From the NCBI GenBank assembly GCA_043228905.1, contig JBHGNT010000014.1, positions 2,418,001 to 2,482,000 of the forward strand: DNA of 64,000 nt, read 5' to 3'. This stretch comes from Azolla caroliniana. Its lineage: Eukaryota > Plantae > Polypodiophyta. The notes beneath the pieces are model-generated. The model saw only the letters and a program-made list of their open reading frames with translations, made no database searches and was not told where the DNA came from. A program made the position numbers and the translations under genes. Shown here piece by piece: positions 12,164-24,000 of this stretch. Within the stretch, counting starts at the first letter, position 1; each line of letters starts with the position of its first letter.

Positions 12164-13095
12164 TGTTGAGCGAGCAAGCTCAACATGGGATGGACCGAAT
12201 GGATAAGCCAGCAGGCCAAACCGGATACGATCTGGTTGGCTAGGCCCACTTAGGCTAATAAGCCTAAGCTTTGGACCGGTTAAAGAATCCGGATGACAGA
12301 ACAATTGTGGAAGCCGATCCGGAACGTCACATGTGCCGATTAGACCTATTCTAATAAATAGGCCTAATATAGGCAGTTAATGTCAAAGGCTCTTTAAGAG
12401 CATTGAAGTACATGTCAATACTTCATGACATACACACACCTTCCGCTAGATAGAATCATACCCAATTCTTTACATGGTATTAGAGTGGTTGGTAGCTTGA
12501 TCCAAGCCCATCCACGTGCATTGTGTATACGTCGATGTTCACGAAGAACTGTCGGATCGCTATAGTAGCAATTTGCACAGTTCGTATGAAAGAGAAGAAG
12601 AAGAAGAAAAATCGCTCCATAAAAATCGATTATCATGAATAATCAGATGGGAAGCCCTCTTCCTACGAAGAAACTCGACAGAAATAACTTTGCATCTTGG
12701 GAGTACAAGATGCACAAATACCTTGTCGGCCAAGGCTATTGGAGTTACATCGAAGGAGCACAAGAAAATCAACCCAACCCGGCACATGTCGGCCACATAG
12801 CTTGGGAACAAGCGGCGAGTTGCATGTTGTACTACCTTGTATCATGCGTTCATGATCACATGCTCGACTACATCCGAGAGGCCAAAATGTTGAAGGAGGC
12901 GTAGGGGAACTTGAAAAAGATATTCGTGGTGAACACAATTGCACGAAAACTTCAACTACGACAAGAGTTGAACGATATCCAATAGAGGATATGTCAATCG
13001 ACAACTACACCTTGAAGATCAAGGAGTTGTGCGACTCCCTTGGGTCGATCAATGTCAACATTGACGACGATGAAATGGTGCAGATATGCCTCGGT
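12164..13095 (+). mobile_element. Copia family A-related 5' fragment (LTR start plus truncated gag)
   Basis: TGTTGAGCGAGCAAGCTCAACA start; gag KLDRNNFASWEYKMHKYLVGQGYW at 12635 with internal stops. Confidence 0.8.
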
Positions 13096-13507
13096 TGTCA
13101 TGGACACACCAACCACGGACTCGGATGGAGCACGGATGATGGGGCTAAGAGCGTGGAACTTAAGAAGCTAGGAACGACGCAAGAGCATGAAGACAAAGAT
13201 TAAGATCGAGGAGACAAGATGGGGCGAAATGAGAATACTAGATTGATGTGTCAATGACTAGTGTTGAATCCCTTGAAAGGGACCAAGGAGGTTACAAGTA
13301 TTTATACATGTTCCGAGATTGAATATCTATAGAATATACTCGAGAAATATCTCTAGAATATACCAGTCTAGAATATGCCGTACAATATTTCTAGAATATA
13401 CTAACGACTAGAATATTCTGATTCTTAAATGTACTATATGCTAGACTATAGAATACTAAACCATTATATACAAATGCATGCTCATATCAAAATGGTTGAG
13501 CATGACA
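13096..13507. mobile_element. LTR-like insert with TGTCATG...CATGACA termini
   Basis: 7-bp inverted termini and internal TAGAATAT repeats; it interrupts the gag. No matching TSD. Confidence 0.5.
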
Positions 13508-13526
13508 TATTGTTGATGTGAGGTTG

Positions 13527-14439
13527 TGTTGAGCAGGCAAGCTCAAACATATTCAGATCGGTTGAATAAGCCAAAGCCAGATCGATATTCGGAATGGAGA
13601 ACCGGATAGGTACCCGGATCGGTGTCCGGATCGGTGTCCGGATAGATCGGTATTCGGAACTGAGAGCCGGATCGTACTCTGGAATAGTGAGAACCGGTAG
13701 ACCGTTGGAGCCTACGATCCAAGCCTAGTACATAGGCATATTCCTTGGAGTTAGTGTTAGTCGCTCGTATGAGCATTGAAGAACATGTCAGTACTTCTGT
13801 CAGTCCTTTTAAGGACTTGTATAAAAAGTATTCTGTAGGACATTTGTAAATAGAGTGTTATCTTTTTTGAAATTGTTTTTTTACTGTTATGCTCTCTTTG
13901 TCTCGCTTGTGTATTCAAGCTTTCCATTACACCTTCGTTCTGTGTTTTGTTGTTATATGGACTGGCCAATTTTGTCTCGGCTTAGAGTGCGAGGGTTGAG
14001 AATCCTCTATTGCTGATGAGTGATGCTCACAAACAAATCCTAAGAGCCGGTAAAGAACATGAAGGAAGGTATGGACAGACGCATGTCGAGCTCACTTCCA
14101 ATAGAAAAGCTCGACCGGAGAAACTATGCGTCTTGGTTATATAAAATGCACGAGTACCTGCTAGGGCATGGACACCGGAGATACGTGGAAGGAGCGAATG
14201 AAGCAGCGCCAGATTCGGCACACAAGGACTTCCCAGTATGGGAGCAAGGAGCGAGCAAAGTGTTATACTGCCTCGCGTCCTGTGTGCTCGACCAGATGCT
14301 CAGCTACATCAAGGATGCAAAAACGCCAAAAGAAGCTTGGAAGAATTTGAAGAAGATTTTCGCGACAAGCACAACGACCCAGAAGTTGCAACTCTGACAA
14401 GAGCTCAACAATATCCGACAGAGGGAAATGTCGGTTACC
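13527..14439 (+). mobile_element. Copia family A 5' fragment (LTR plus truncated gag)
   Basis: Family A LTR, then gag MDRRMSSSLPIEKLDRRNYASW, cut by an insertion at 14440. Confidence 0.8.
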
Positions 14440-14643
14440 TGTCGAATACGAGTGTATAATGGCCGTATTCACACTGTCTCGTTGGACAACCCAAGTTTGG
14501 GCTATTTCTGTAAATAGCATAAAGGGCAGTTGCCCTAGGATAGTCACTATATAAAGTGACTTTGTAACCTTTAGAAAAGGTTGTTGGTTGTAATTTTTGT
14601 AACTGTTGCTATTGGAATATAACATTTCTTTGTGTGTGTGTGT

Positions 14644-14692
<49 letters not shown>

Positions 14693-16760
14693 TCTATCTT
14701 GCTCATGCGCATACACAGTTTCTCCTTCATTACGAATGTTGCTTGCACTTCCGCATTGACGGCCTTGTCCCCAACATTTGGTATCAGAGCGTTGGTGGTT
14801 CTTCAACCCACTGCCGGCCGTCCTAGTACACCACACACGTTCTGTTTTCGTTTTCTTTGAAGAACAGAGAAGGGAGAAGAAAAAACAAAAAAGAAGCTCG
14901 CATCTCACTGTGATAAATCACAAATTGGAGTAAGCCAACCGGTTGTACTCCGTTCCTGTGATTGTAACCGCTTGAGGGGAGCTCCTTGTGCAACAACCAA
15001 CCCAATCGTGCTTCATTTGGTTAAACAACATTCGAATAGGTCGCCGGACGCTATTCACCCGCTTGCTGTAACCACCCGCTTCAGATTGGTCTTCAAGCAA
15101 CAACCAAATTCGTGCTTCACTTGGCTGATCAACATTCGGGAGGATCAGTTGGATCTGTCCCTCTCATCGCTGCAGTCATCCGAAGCAGAATCGGCCCAAA
15201 CAATCGGTTTCGTGTAATCGGTATTCGGCATACAATCGGAAACTAACCGGGCTCACTCCGACTCGGCAACATTCGGGAAGACCAGCCGGTTCTATCCCTC
15301 AAGTTACCGGAGTCACTCCGAGCAAGTTCAGCAACAAGTATCCGAAACCAAACCGACTCGGGTTCAAAACCGACTAGAACGATATCGGGTGAGCCGACTG
15401 GTTGCACCCCACTAAGGTTCGTAGTCAACTCCGAACCGAGTCTTCCCAACCAAAACCGAATAAGATGGCATCAACATCCGGCTCATCGGAAATGAGTCTA
15501 AGGAGGTTCGACGGCTCAAACTTCAACTTCTGGAAGGAACAAATGTAGGACTATCTCATAGTCGGGCATACTGTCCATAGAGAACCTAGTCGAATCAAAA
15601 GTTTTGCTTATGATTGAGGAATCGAGTACATGGCTCCTGGACTCGGGCGCATCGTATCATGTGACACCTCACCGATCTTAGTTTCGGCAATACTCGAACC
15701 GGCACTCTGACTCAGTTCGAGTCGGAAACTCGCAGCACTGTGCTATAATCGGAATAAGCACCGTAGAGCTCAACCTTCTGGGTGGCTCTACACTCGTACT
15801 ACACAACGTCTGACACGTTCCTGAGCTCTCAAGTCCCTTGATCTCAGTCGGACAACTTGATGAAACCAGCATCCGTGCCGAGTTCTCATCAGGAGGGTGG
15901 ACACTCCACAAAGGGAACCTCCTGCTTGCTCGAGAACCAAAGGTACATTCCTTGTACCCTTTATATGTCACACTCAAAGAGGGTGACTTGTTTTTGGTTG
16001 ATATTCTTGTGTTATCGTTATGGCACGGATGACTTGGACACCTCAACAAGGCTGGCATAATGCACCTATCCAGAGCTGGTTACATCCCCAAGCTCTCCTT
16101 CTCGGATCACCAATTCTGCGAGCATTGCCAGTACGACAAACAGGTAGCCGCATCACACCCGGCATCAGCACGAAGAGCATCGAGCCCACTTGATTTGGTC
16201 CACTCGGACGTCTGTGGCCCGATGCCACATCACTCTCTCGGTGGTGCTTCGTACTTTGTCAGTTTTATTGACGACTTGACTTGGAAGGTGTGGGCTTACC
16301 CCCTAAGAACCAAAGATCGGGTGTTCTCGATCTTCTTCGAATGGCTTGCAATGGTCGAAAATCAGACCGGTCGGAAACTGAAATGTCTCCGAACTGACAA
16401 TGGAGGAGAATTCAAGTTAGAAGAATTCGTCAAATTCTTCCAGGAACGCGGCATTCGACGTGAATATACGGCACCCTATAGTCTGGAGTAGAACGGAATT
16501 GCTGAACGCATGAATCTAACGATTCAAGAACGCGTAGTATCCATGCTCCAACGCTCTAGACTGTCGGATGGCTTTTGGGCGAAGGCTCTACTTACGACAG
16601 TACACATAATAAATATGTCGCCAAGTAGACCTCTAGGACTTCAAATACCTCAGAAAATATGGACCGATAGTAAGCCGAATTATGACAAGCTGAGGATCTT
16701 CGGTTGTGAGGCATACGCCCTCATACCGAAAGACGATCGCCGGAAACTCGAACCAAGATC
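14440..16760 (+). mobile_element. Copia family B 5' part (LTR, PBS-Met, deleted gag, protease, integrase pseudogene)
   Basis: LTR TGTCGAA...CCAACA 14440-14776; PBS TGGTATCAGAGC 14779-14790. Gag FDGSNFNFWK, protease WLLDSGAS, integrase HSDVCGP/DNGGEF; truncated at 16760. Confidence 0.85.
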
Positions 16761-17043
16761 TGTTAGGAAACAGGTCCCTCCGGATAGGAAGTGAGAAGAA
16801 CAGTACTGATGAGCAAACTCGGTCGAGGCCGAAACCGGATGTGGAGTACCCGGCATGAGCCGGATGGTGCAGACCCAGTGAGAACTGGATGAAGAGTACC
16901 CGGCTTGGAAGACCCGGTGAGAACCGGATGAGGAGTACTCGACAACGGAAGACCCAGTGAGAACCGGTGTCGGGGTAGTTGTGGTTCGTGCGGTGAAGTC
17001 GTGCGGCGAAGTCGTAGGAACTTTTATAAGGCTTGCGCTCAAA
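16761..17043 (+). mobile_element. Partial LTR related to the 372-1079 solo LTR
   Basis: Start TGTTAGGAAACAGGTCCCTCC resembles TGTTGGGAATATGTCCCTCC; shares GTCGAGGCCGA and GCCGAAACCG motifs. Confidence 0.55.
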
Positions 17044-17843
17044 TGTTAGGAAGATAAAGGATATGAAGAATAATAGTTTAAAGTAATATGTGTGAGAGAG
17101 AGACTAGTATAGATAAAAGATAGAGGCAATGTATGATTCAAGACGCAAGATAGAGACAAAGTATGATTTAAGACAAAAAAGTATATGATATGAACATGAT
17201 GTGTATTACGAATATAAGATTTTACCAACTTTACAATGTTTGGTAGCAAGATGAACCCTTTCTCTACTGACCCTTGATTCGAACTCTTGACTCCAACTTG
17301 GAAACACGAGCCTCTTCACCAACAAGCTAACTTGTTTGTTTTTTTTATTATCTTATTTCTCTAACTTTCTCTTGATTCCCCTCCTTGTTTTCCCTTTCCC
17401 CTCTTTATATAAGTGTTGCCATGCATATGGTAATGTATGGGAGCATGGCATGCATGCAATGCATGAGTTACATGTAATGCATGATCGCCATTTGGCGCAC
17501 ATGCATTGCATGTGATGAATGATGGCTATGTATGAAAATAGATATGAGATAATTATAATGATGAAAATGTATTCTAAAATAACTAACCTAGCTTAGTGGT
17601 GTATGCTTGGTGCTTGGTATACAAGGTTGAGGGTTCAAGTCCCTCAATTTTACTTAATACAATATATAGCTTCATTCTTATATCATGAAGCACATTTATT
17701 ACACACTTTTACAAATAAATAGCCTAGCCTAGTGGTATGTACATTGTACATCGTATATAAGGATGTGGGTTCAAGTCTCTCAAATATTATTAAATACAAC
17801 ATTTAAGCTCATTTTTATATCGTGAAGCACATTCTTCACGACA
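17044..17843 (-). mobile_element. Gypsy-type LTR containing two tandem tRNA-like A/B-box modules
   Basis: Minus strand starts TGTCGTGAAGAA, like the LTR at 62704. The left end is uncertain and there is no TSD. Confidence 0.5.
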
Positions 17844-18019
17844 ACATGCTACACGGAAACCCCGCCTCAGCAACCACACCTTCTCTTTTCAAGAGTACAC
17901 GGTAGACTCCACGCTCATTGAATAGAGTGGCTTCGATCACGAAATCTTATTGCTAGATGACCAAAGTAGTGCAAACAAACGCCACAGTAGCCCACACCGT
18001 TGTTGTGCCTTTCGGCTCC

Positions 18020-20900
18020 GGATTGTTACGTGAGTCGGGTGGGAACCACAAAGGTTTTGGACTAGGAGAAAGACGAATACAATATAAGACTAGTTATGAA
18101 TAGGTAGAAAGAGAAATAAGAAATAAAACTTGTGAATTCCACGTTTTTAGTGTATGTAATCAATATTTAGATTGTAAGAAAGAGAATTTTGATGATAAAC
18201 TCGTGAAACCCACGAATATATTAGATTGATCAATCCTTGTAAAATAATCAACAACATTATACATCTTTCTCTCCTCCTTATATAAGGATGGAAGAGGCTA
18301 AGCATAGCTTCATGCTTTTTCTAAAGTGTTCATGCACACTAAGTTGCTTTTTACACTATGCTTTTATTTCCTAAATATAATGCTTATGCTCGTTAGATGT
18401 GCACGAATAATTTTTTATTGGTGTAATTTTTTCTTATAAATAAAGTATTCATGCATTCTAAAAATGCATGACTTACCTTTTAATGAAGGTAGCCGTAAAT
18501 AAAGGTCTTATACGTATTAAATCTATATTTAGAGCACTTAGAATAAGTTAGTACAATGGTAAGGTTGGGGTCTGTCTACGTGGAGGTACATGGGTTGAAT
18601 CCTGCCCTATGTATGTAACAATCTTTTCTTCTATTTATAAATTTGTCTCTTCATCCGGTGAGAGACTCTCATGGGCCTTCTTTATCCGGTTGTTGCCGGT
18701 TCTGCTTGATCCGGTTCTTACCGGGTCTCTTTACCGGGTCCTCCTTACCGGTTCCTCCTTGTCCCATCTAGAGGAACAAAAATGCAATTTTCACGTAGTG
18801 TGCGAATTACACTACGACACTCGCCCCCTCCAAACCCGCACATCCTCCGGTATGTGCCGAAGTTCTCGATGCTCATTATTCACCTTCATCCGTAGCACTC
18901 TTTGATTCTCCCCTTATGTCGACTACGAGTTGAAGTCCACTTTCTTCGCTTTCTGCATCACCACGATCTTTGTCCTGTTGCTCCTCGTTGTCGGTCTTGT
19001 CTAGGGTTACATAGGGTTCATCGTCAGTCCGCTTCTTGAAGATCTTTACCCGTTTCCCCGCTATAGGCACTCATAGTATCGTCCCATCCAACTCGCATAG
19101 TCGGTAAGTTCCGTTGTCGAAAACTTTCCGAACCTCGTATGGCCCAAACCACCTTTTCGCGAACTTCCGTATCGTTGTATGTTGATGATCCAAACTACTG
19201 TCATAGACAATCACCCAATCTCTTTAGCTACTACTTATTTCTGGCTTCACACTGCTAGCTGTCCGTCCGAATCAACATTCAACTTCAGCCTTCATACTTA
19301 GCCAGCTCCTAGTCGTTTAGCTTATCTCTTTTTCTTCTTTCCACTCCTAAGGGTAACACATGGCACACTCATGGGACAGTGCCTTGCACGACGAACCCAC
19401 AACATTGTCTTCAGCTTTCCTCCAGAATATCCACTATACTTGGCTCCGGTTTCTTGTTCTCCTTGTCGGCCATTGGCTCCCCTTCCCCTTCGGTTTGGAT
19501 CGGCTCCTCTATGGCTTTTTCCTCTTCAGATCCCAATTTCGGTTGATGTTCTTTTATCTTCTTGATGAGCTGCTCTACTTGCTTTGTTAGTTTCTCGATT
19601 TCGATGTTCAGCATAACTTGCTCTTCCCTTGTCGGTTGTGATGGTTCCGACTGCTTCTCCAAGTGGTTGCTCGTTAGCTACATCCTTCGGTTGTTACTCC
19701 TCAGCTCCTTGCTCGACTAGTTTTTCTTCAGTCTACTTGGCAATCTACTCTACCTCATCATTGATCAACACTTGTTCAGGTTGTGTTTTTTCTAGCTGTG
19801 CTTGGGAAGTCTTGTCGAATATGGGTACATAATGGACGTATTCACATTGTCCCATTGGATAGACTAAGTTTAGACCATAATTGTAATTGTTGGAAAGAGA
19901 AATTCCCCTAGATAAGTTAGTATTTAAAATGAACTTTGTAACCTAGTTGGTGGTTGTTTGTGTTGTACATTGTGCCATTGGAATGTTGAGTAGAATAATA
20001 CAGTTACATCGTCTTGTACTAACTTTGTTGCTTTTTCTCTACACCTGTTCTTTTGATCTTGTGTTGATTTAGTTGTTTGTCTTGGTATTGAATCTGTTAT
20101 TACATTTTTTATATGTTGTGTACTTGAAGATCTTCATAAGAAGAGTGTTGGTTTTGTTTCGCACAAGATGGCCATTTCCAACACGTCTGCGTCTGTTCTT
20201 TCTCATATGCATCTAACTCCATCGGAATTTACATTTGATCATCATCAAATTCCTCTAGAAACTTCCAGATTTTGTCAAAATGTACTTGAGCCAACGTGTA
20301 GAAATCGTCAAGTAAATCTTCCCTAATCGTTGTAATGTTTTTCTTGTCCATTTTATAGAATCCCCTTCTAGTCTTTTGTCAATTTTTGCCATTTTCCCTG
20401 AATGTTTGCAATTCAGCCGACCATGCCTTTAATATTGCTGCCGCACTATCCTTGATTCTTTTCTCTAGCCTTTTTCTTTGTCACTCAACGATGACATGAA
20501 TTCTGTCCATATTCATTCCTCCCTAGGCTTGAGCTGCCTACTTCTCACGTTTGAGCCGCTTTATGGTGTTTGCTGACGATTGTGCTTCTACTGCATAATT
20601 TTGCATTTGCATATTGTAACTGACCATGACTCTTTCTAGATGCTTCCTAGATGTCTCGATAGTAACGTCCCATTCCATGGCCAACCATTCTTTTTCTTAC
20701 TTGGCTTCATTTTGAAGTTTCGTAATATCCATCTTGAACAACTGTTTCTAGTGCTCAAAGCTTCATCACGTTCTTTTAATTCAGCCCTCACATCCTTAAG
20801 CTTTTTTCGTTGCAACTTGAAATGGATTCGTAACTCTTTATATTCATTACATGCAATTTCTCAAAGTCGGCCTGTGTTCTTTTAATTTCCTTGTTTTTCT
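18020..20900 (-). mobile_element. Decayed gypsy element (gag-like remnant, integrase C-terminus, PPT, 3' LTR)
   Basis: KRWFGPYEV...NGTYRL.ELDGT...PIAGKRVKIFKKR at ~19030-19170. PPT GAGGGGGCGAG (18820-18830) precedes the LTR start TGTCGTAG at 18819. Outer limits approximate. Confidence 0.7.
19813..20183 (+). mobile_element. Solo LTR related to copia family B
   Basis: TGTCGAAT...CCAACA, similar to 14440-14776. Near-perfect TSD AGTCT/CGTCT. Confidence 0.75.
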
Positions 20901-21014
20901 GAACTCTGTATGAAAAATTAGAACATAATGGAATGGAGTGACAATAGAGAAAGAGGGAGAGAGATATTGAAACAATGTATAACAAGGCAGATATAATTAA
21001 GACGGGTGTATTAC

Positions 21015-24000
21015 TGTTGAGAATCACCGCTTGGATTCACCTTCTTCCCTCGGCCACAACCGAGTAATCGCGGATCAATGGAGCAGAAAATAGGAACCAA
21101 AAGAAGAAATACACGAGACGCGTTTACACAGGGATTAACGTGGAAAACCCTAGATGGGAAAAACCACGGGAGTACGAGACTCCAAACCAACACTATACAG
21201 AGAAGTATACAATGGCGAGCTGCAAGGCGACGACCTTGAGCTCGCTGTCCTCGCCACAGGCGGCGGAAATACACAGAGGCGTCTACCTCTTCCTCTCTCG
21301 CGCTCTATCTCTCTCTCTCTCTCTCTCTCTCACGACTGCTTTCTCTCTTCACTCCTCTAAAGTGGAAAAACAGAAAAAGATCAGCAAACATAAAACTGTT
21401 TGCCCTAAGTCATATTTATACTTATATGACTTTGGGCTATTTACAACTGTAGCCTCAGGGGCCCATAGCGAACATATTCACGGATATGTCCCTGCATCCG
21501 GATCGCTCTCCGGGTACATTCGTCATCCGGTGCCGAAACCGGGGTCTTCGTCATCCGGATCCGAAACCGAAACCGGATCCGACCATCCCATCCGAAGGGA
21601 CCGTAATCCCAACAAACTCCCCCTTCACTTCGGCATGGGATGTCTCTCCAATCCGATCCTCTTCCGGCATGCTTCCAGCTTGTCGGGTGTGAGCACCTTG
21701 GTCAGCATATCCGACCCGTTCTCGTCCGTGTGGATCTTCGTCAGCACGAACTCCTTGTCTTCTATCCTTTCCCGGATCCAGTGATATCTTCGCTGGATGT
21801 GCTTCGTCCGGGAGTGATAGGCCGCGTTCTTCGCAAGGTGGATTGCACTCTGACTGTCGCAGTAGAGTCGGTACTCCTCCTGCCGGATACCGAGCTCTCT
21901 AATGAAGTCCTTCATCCATATTATTTCCTTGCCGGCTTCAACAGCTGCCATGTACTCCGCCTCCGTGGTTGACAACGCAACCGTCTTCTGCAGCCTCGAC
22001 TGCCACGAAACTGCTCCCCCTGCATACGTCATCACATACCCTGATGTGGACCGGCTGGTATCTGCATCAGCCGACATATCCGAATCGGTGAAGCCGTCGA
22101 GTTCGGGCTTACCGGAGCCGAATCGGAGGCACACGTTTGCCGTGCCCTTCAGGTATCGGAGTATCCACTTGGCCGCGTTCCAATGCTCTTTGCCGGGATT
22201 GCTCATGTACCGGCTCACCACTCCGACTGCATATCCGATGTCCGGTCTCGTACACACCATGGCGTACATCAAGCTCCCGACGGCTGAGGCATATGGCACT
22301 TTCATCATATCCTCCTTTTCAGCCTTTGTCTTGGGACTTTGCTTGTTGGACAGCTTGCAGTTTGCCGGGAGGGTCGATCCGACCGGTCTTGCTTCCGACA
22401 TGTTGAACCGGTGAAGCACCTTCGTCACGTACTTCTCCTGTGACAGCCACAACTGCTTCTTCTTCCGGTCCCGGATGATATGCATCCCTAGTATTTGCCT
22501 CGCCGAACCCAAGTCCTTCATTGAGAAGGTTCGGTGAAGAGCCTTCTTCAGCATCCGTATCTTGACCTGGTCCCGTCCGACGATCAACATGTCGTCCACG
22601 TACAGGAGGAGTATTAGGAAGTCTCCTCCTTCGAACTTCTTCACAAACACGCAGTGGTCAGACTGCGTTTTGAGGTACCCTTCGTCGGTCATGAAGGAGT
22701 CGAATTTCCGGTACCATTGCCGGGGAGCCTGCTTCAGTCCGTAAAGGCTCTTCTTCAACCGGCATACCAGGTGCTCCTTCCCTTTCTTCTCGAATCCTTC
22801 CGGTTGCTGCATGTAGATCTCTTCTTCGAGGTCACCGTGAAGGAATGCTGTCTTCACGTCCATCTGTTCTACCTCGAGGTCCATGCTTGCCGCTATGCTC
22901 AGCACCGTCCGGATGGAGGTCATCTTCACTACCGGGGCAAATATCTCGTCGAAGTCGACGCCCTTCTTCTGCTGAAACCCCTTCACCACGATCCTGGCTT
23001 TGTATCTCGGGGGGTTTCCGGCATCTCCCGGTTTCAGCTTGAACACCCACTTGTTACGGAGTGCCCGTTTTCCTTTCGGCAACTCCACAAGTTCATATGT
23101 GTGGTTCTCATGCAGGGAATCCATCTCGTCCTGCATGGCACTCAACCACCTGCGGCTCTGGGTGTCATGCTTTGCTTCTTCAAAGCTCTCCGGCTCCCCC
23201 TCGTCGGTTAGCAGCACATGCTCTGGTTCCGGAAATCTCCGGGGGGCCCTTCTCTCTCTTAGAGGATATCTCCGTTCCGGAGCTTCGGTAACCGGTTCTT
23301 CCGATTCTTCTTCTTCATCCGAATCCATTTCGGGATCGGGGCCGGTTCCGGTATCATTTTCATCTTCTTCGGCCGGTTCTGTTTCTTCACCGTCTTCGGC
23401 CGGATCCTCGAGTGCTAACCGGTCCCTTGCCGGTCGGGACTGCTCCCCGTAGAGTTGATCCTCACCGGTCGACTTGGAGCTCTTCATCTTCTTCTCCGAC
23501 TCCCAGTCGGCGAGTGTCTTGTTCTCCATGAAGATGATATCACGACTCCGGAATATCTTCTTGTCAACCGGGTCCCATACTCGGTAGCCGAACTCGTCGT
23601 CGCCGTAACCGAGGAATATGCATGGCCGGGTCTTTGGATCTAGCTTTCCTCTCCGGTCCTTTGCCACATGCACGTATGCGAGACACCCGAACACCTTCAG
23701 ATGCCGGTAGGATACTTCCCTTCCAGTCCACACTCTCTGCGGCGTGTCTCCGTCCAAAGGTACTGAGGGTGATCTGTTTATCACATATGTCGCCGTCGAC
23801 ATTGCCTCAGCCCAAAATCCCTTGGGTAATTTCGCATGTGCCAGCATACTCCGGACCCTCTCCATTATGGTCCGGTTCATCCTCTCGGCCAGCCCGTTCA
23901 GTTCCGGCGTCTTCGGCACAGTAAACTCGAGTCGGATTCCCTTCGAGCGACAGTACTCCTGGAACTGCCCCCGGTATTCCCCTCCGTTATCCGCTCGTAT

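Noticed and set aside
14440-20183. Pairing 14440-14776 with 19813-20183 as the two LTRs of one element
   Set aside because: The LTRs are clearly diverged, the second has its own near-perfect TSD inside a gypsy remnant, and no RT or PPT precedes it.
21140-21784. 214-aa ORF, repeated at 25856-26387
   Set aside because: It is an LTR-derived low-complexity frame, broken by a microsatellite indel in the other LTR.
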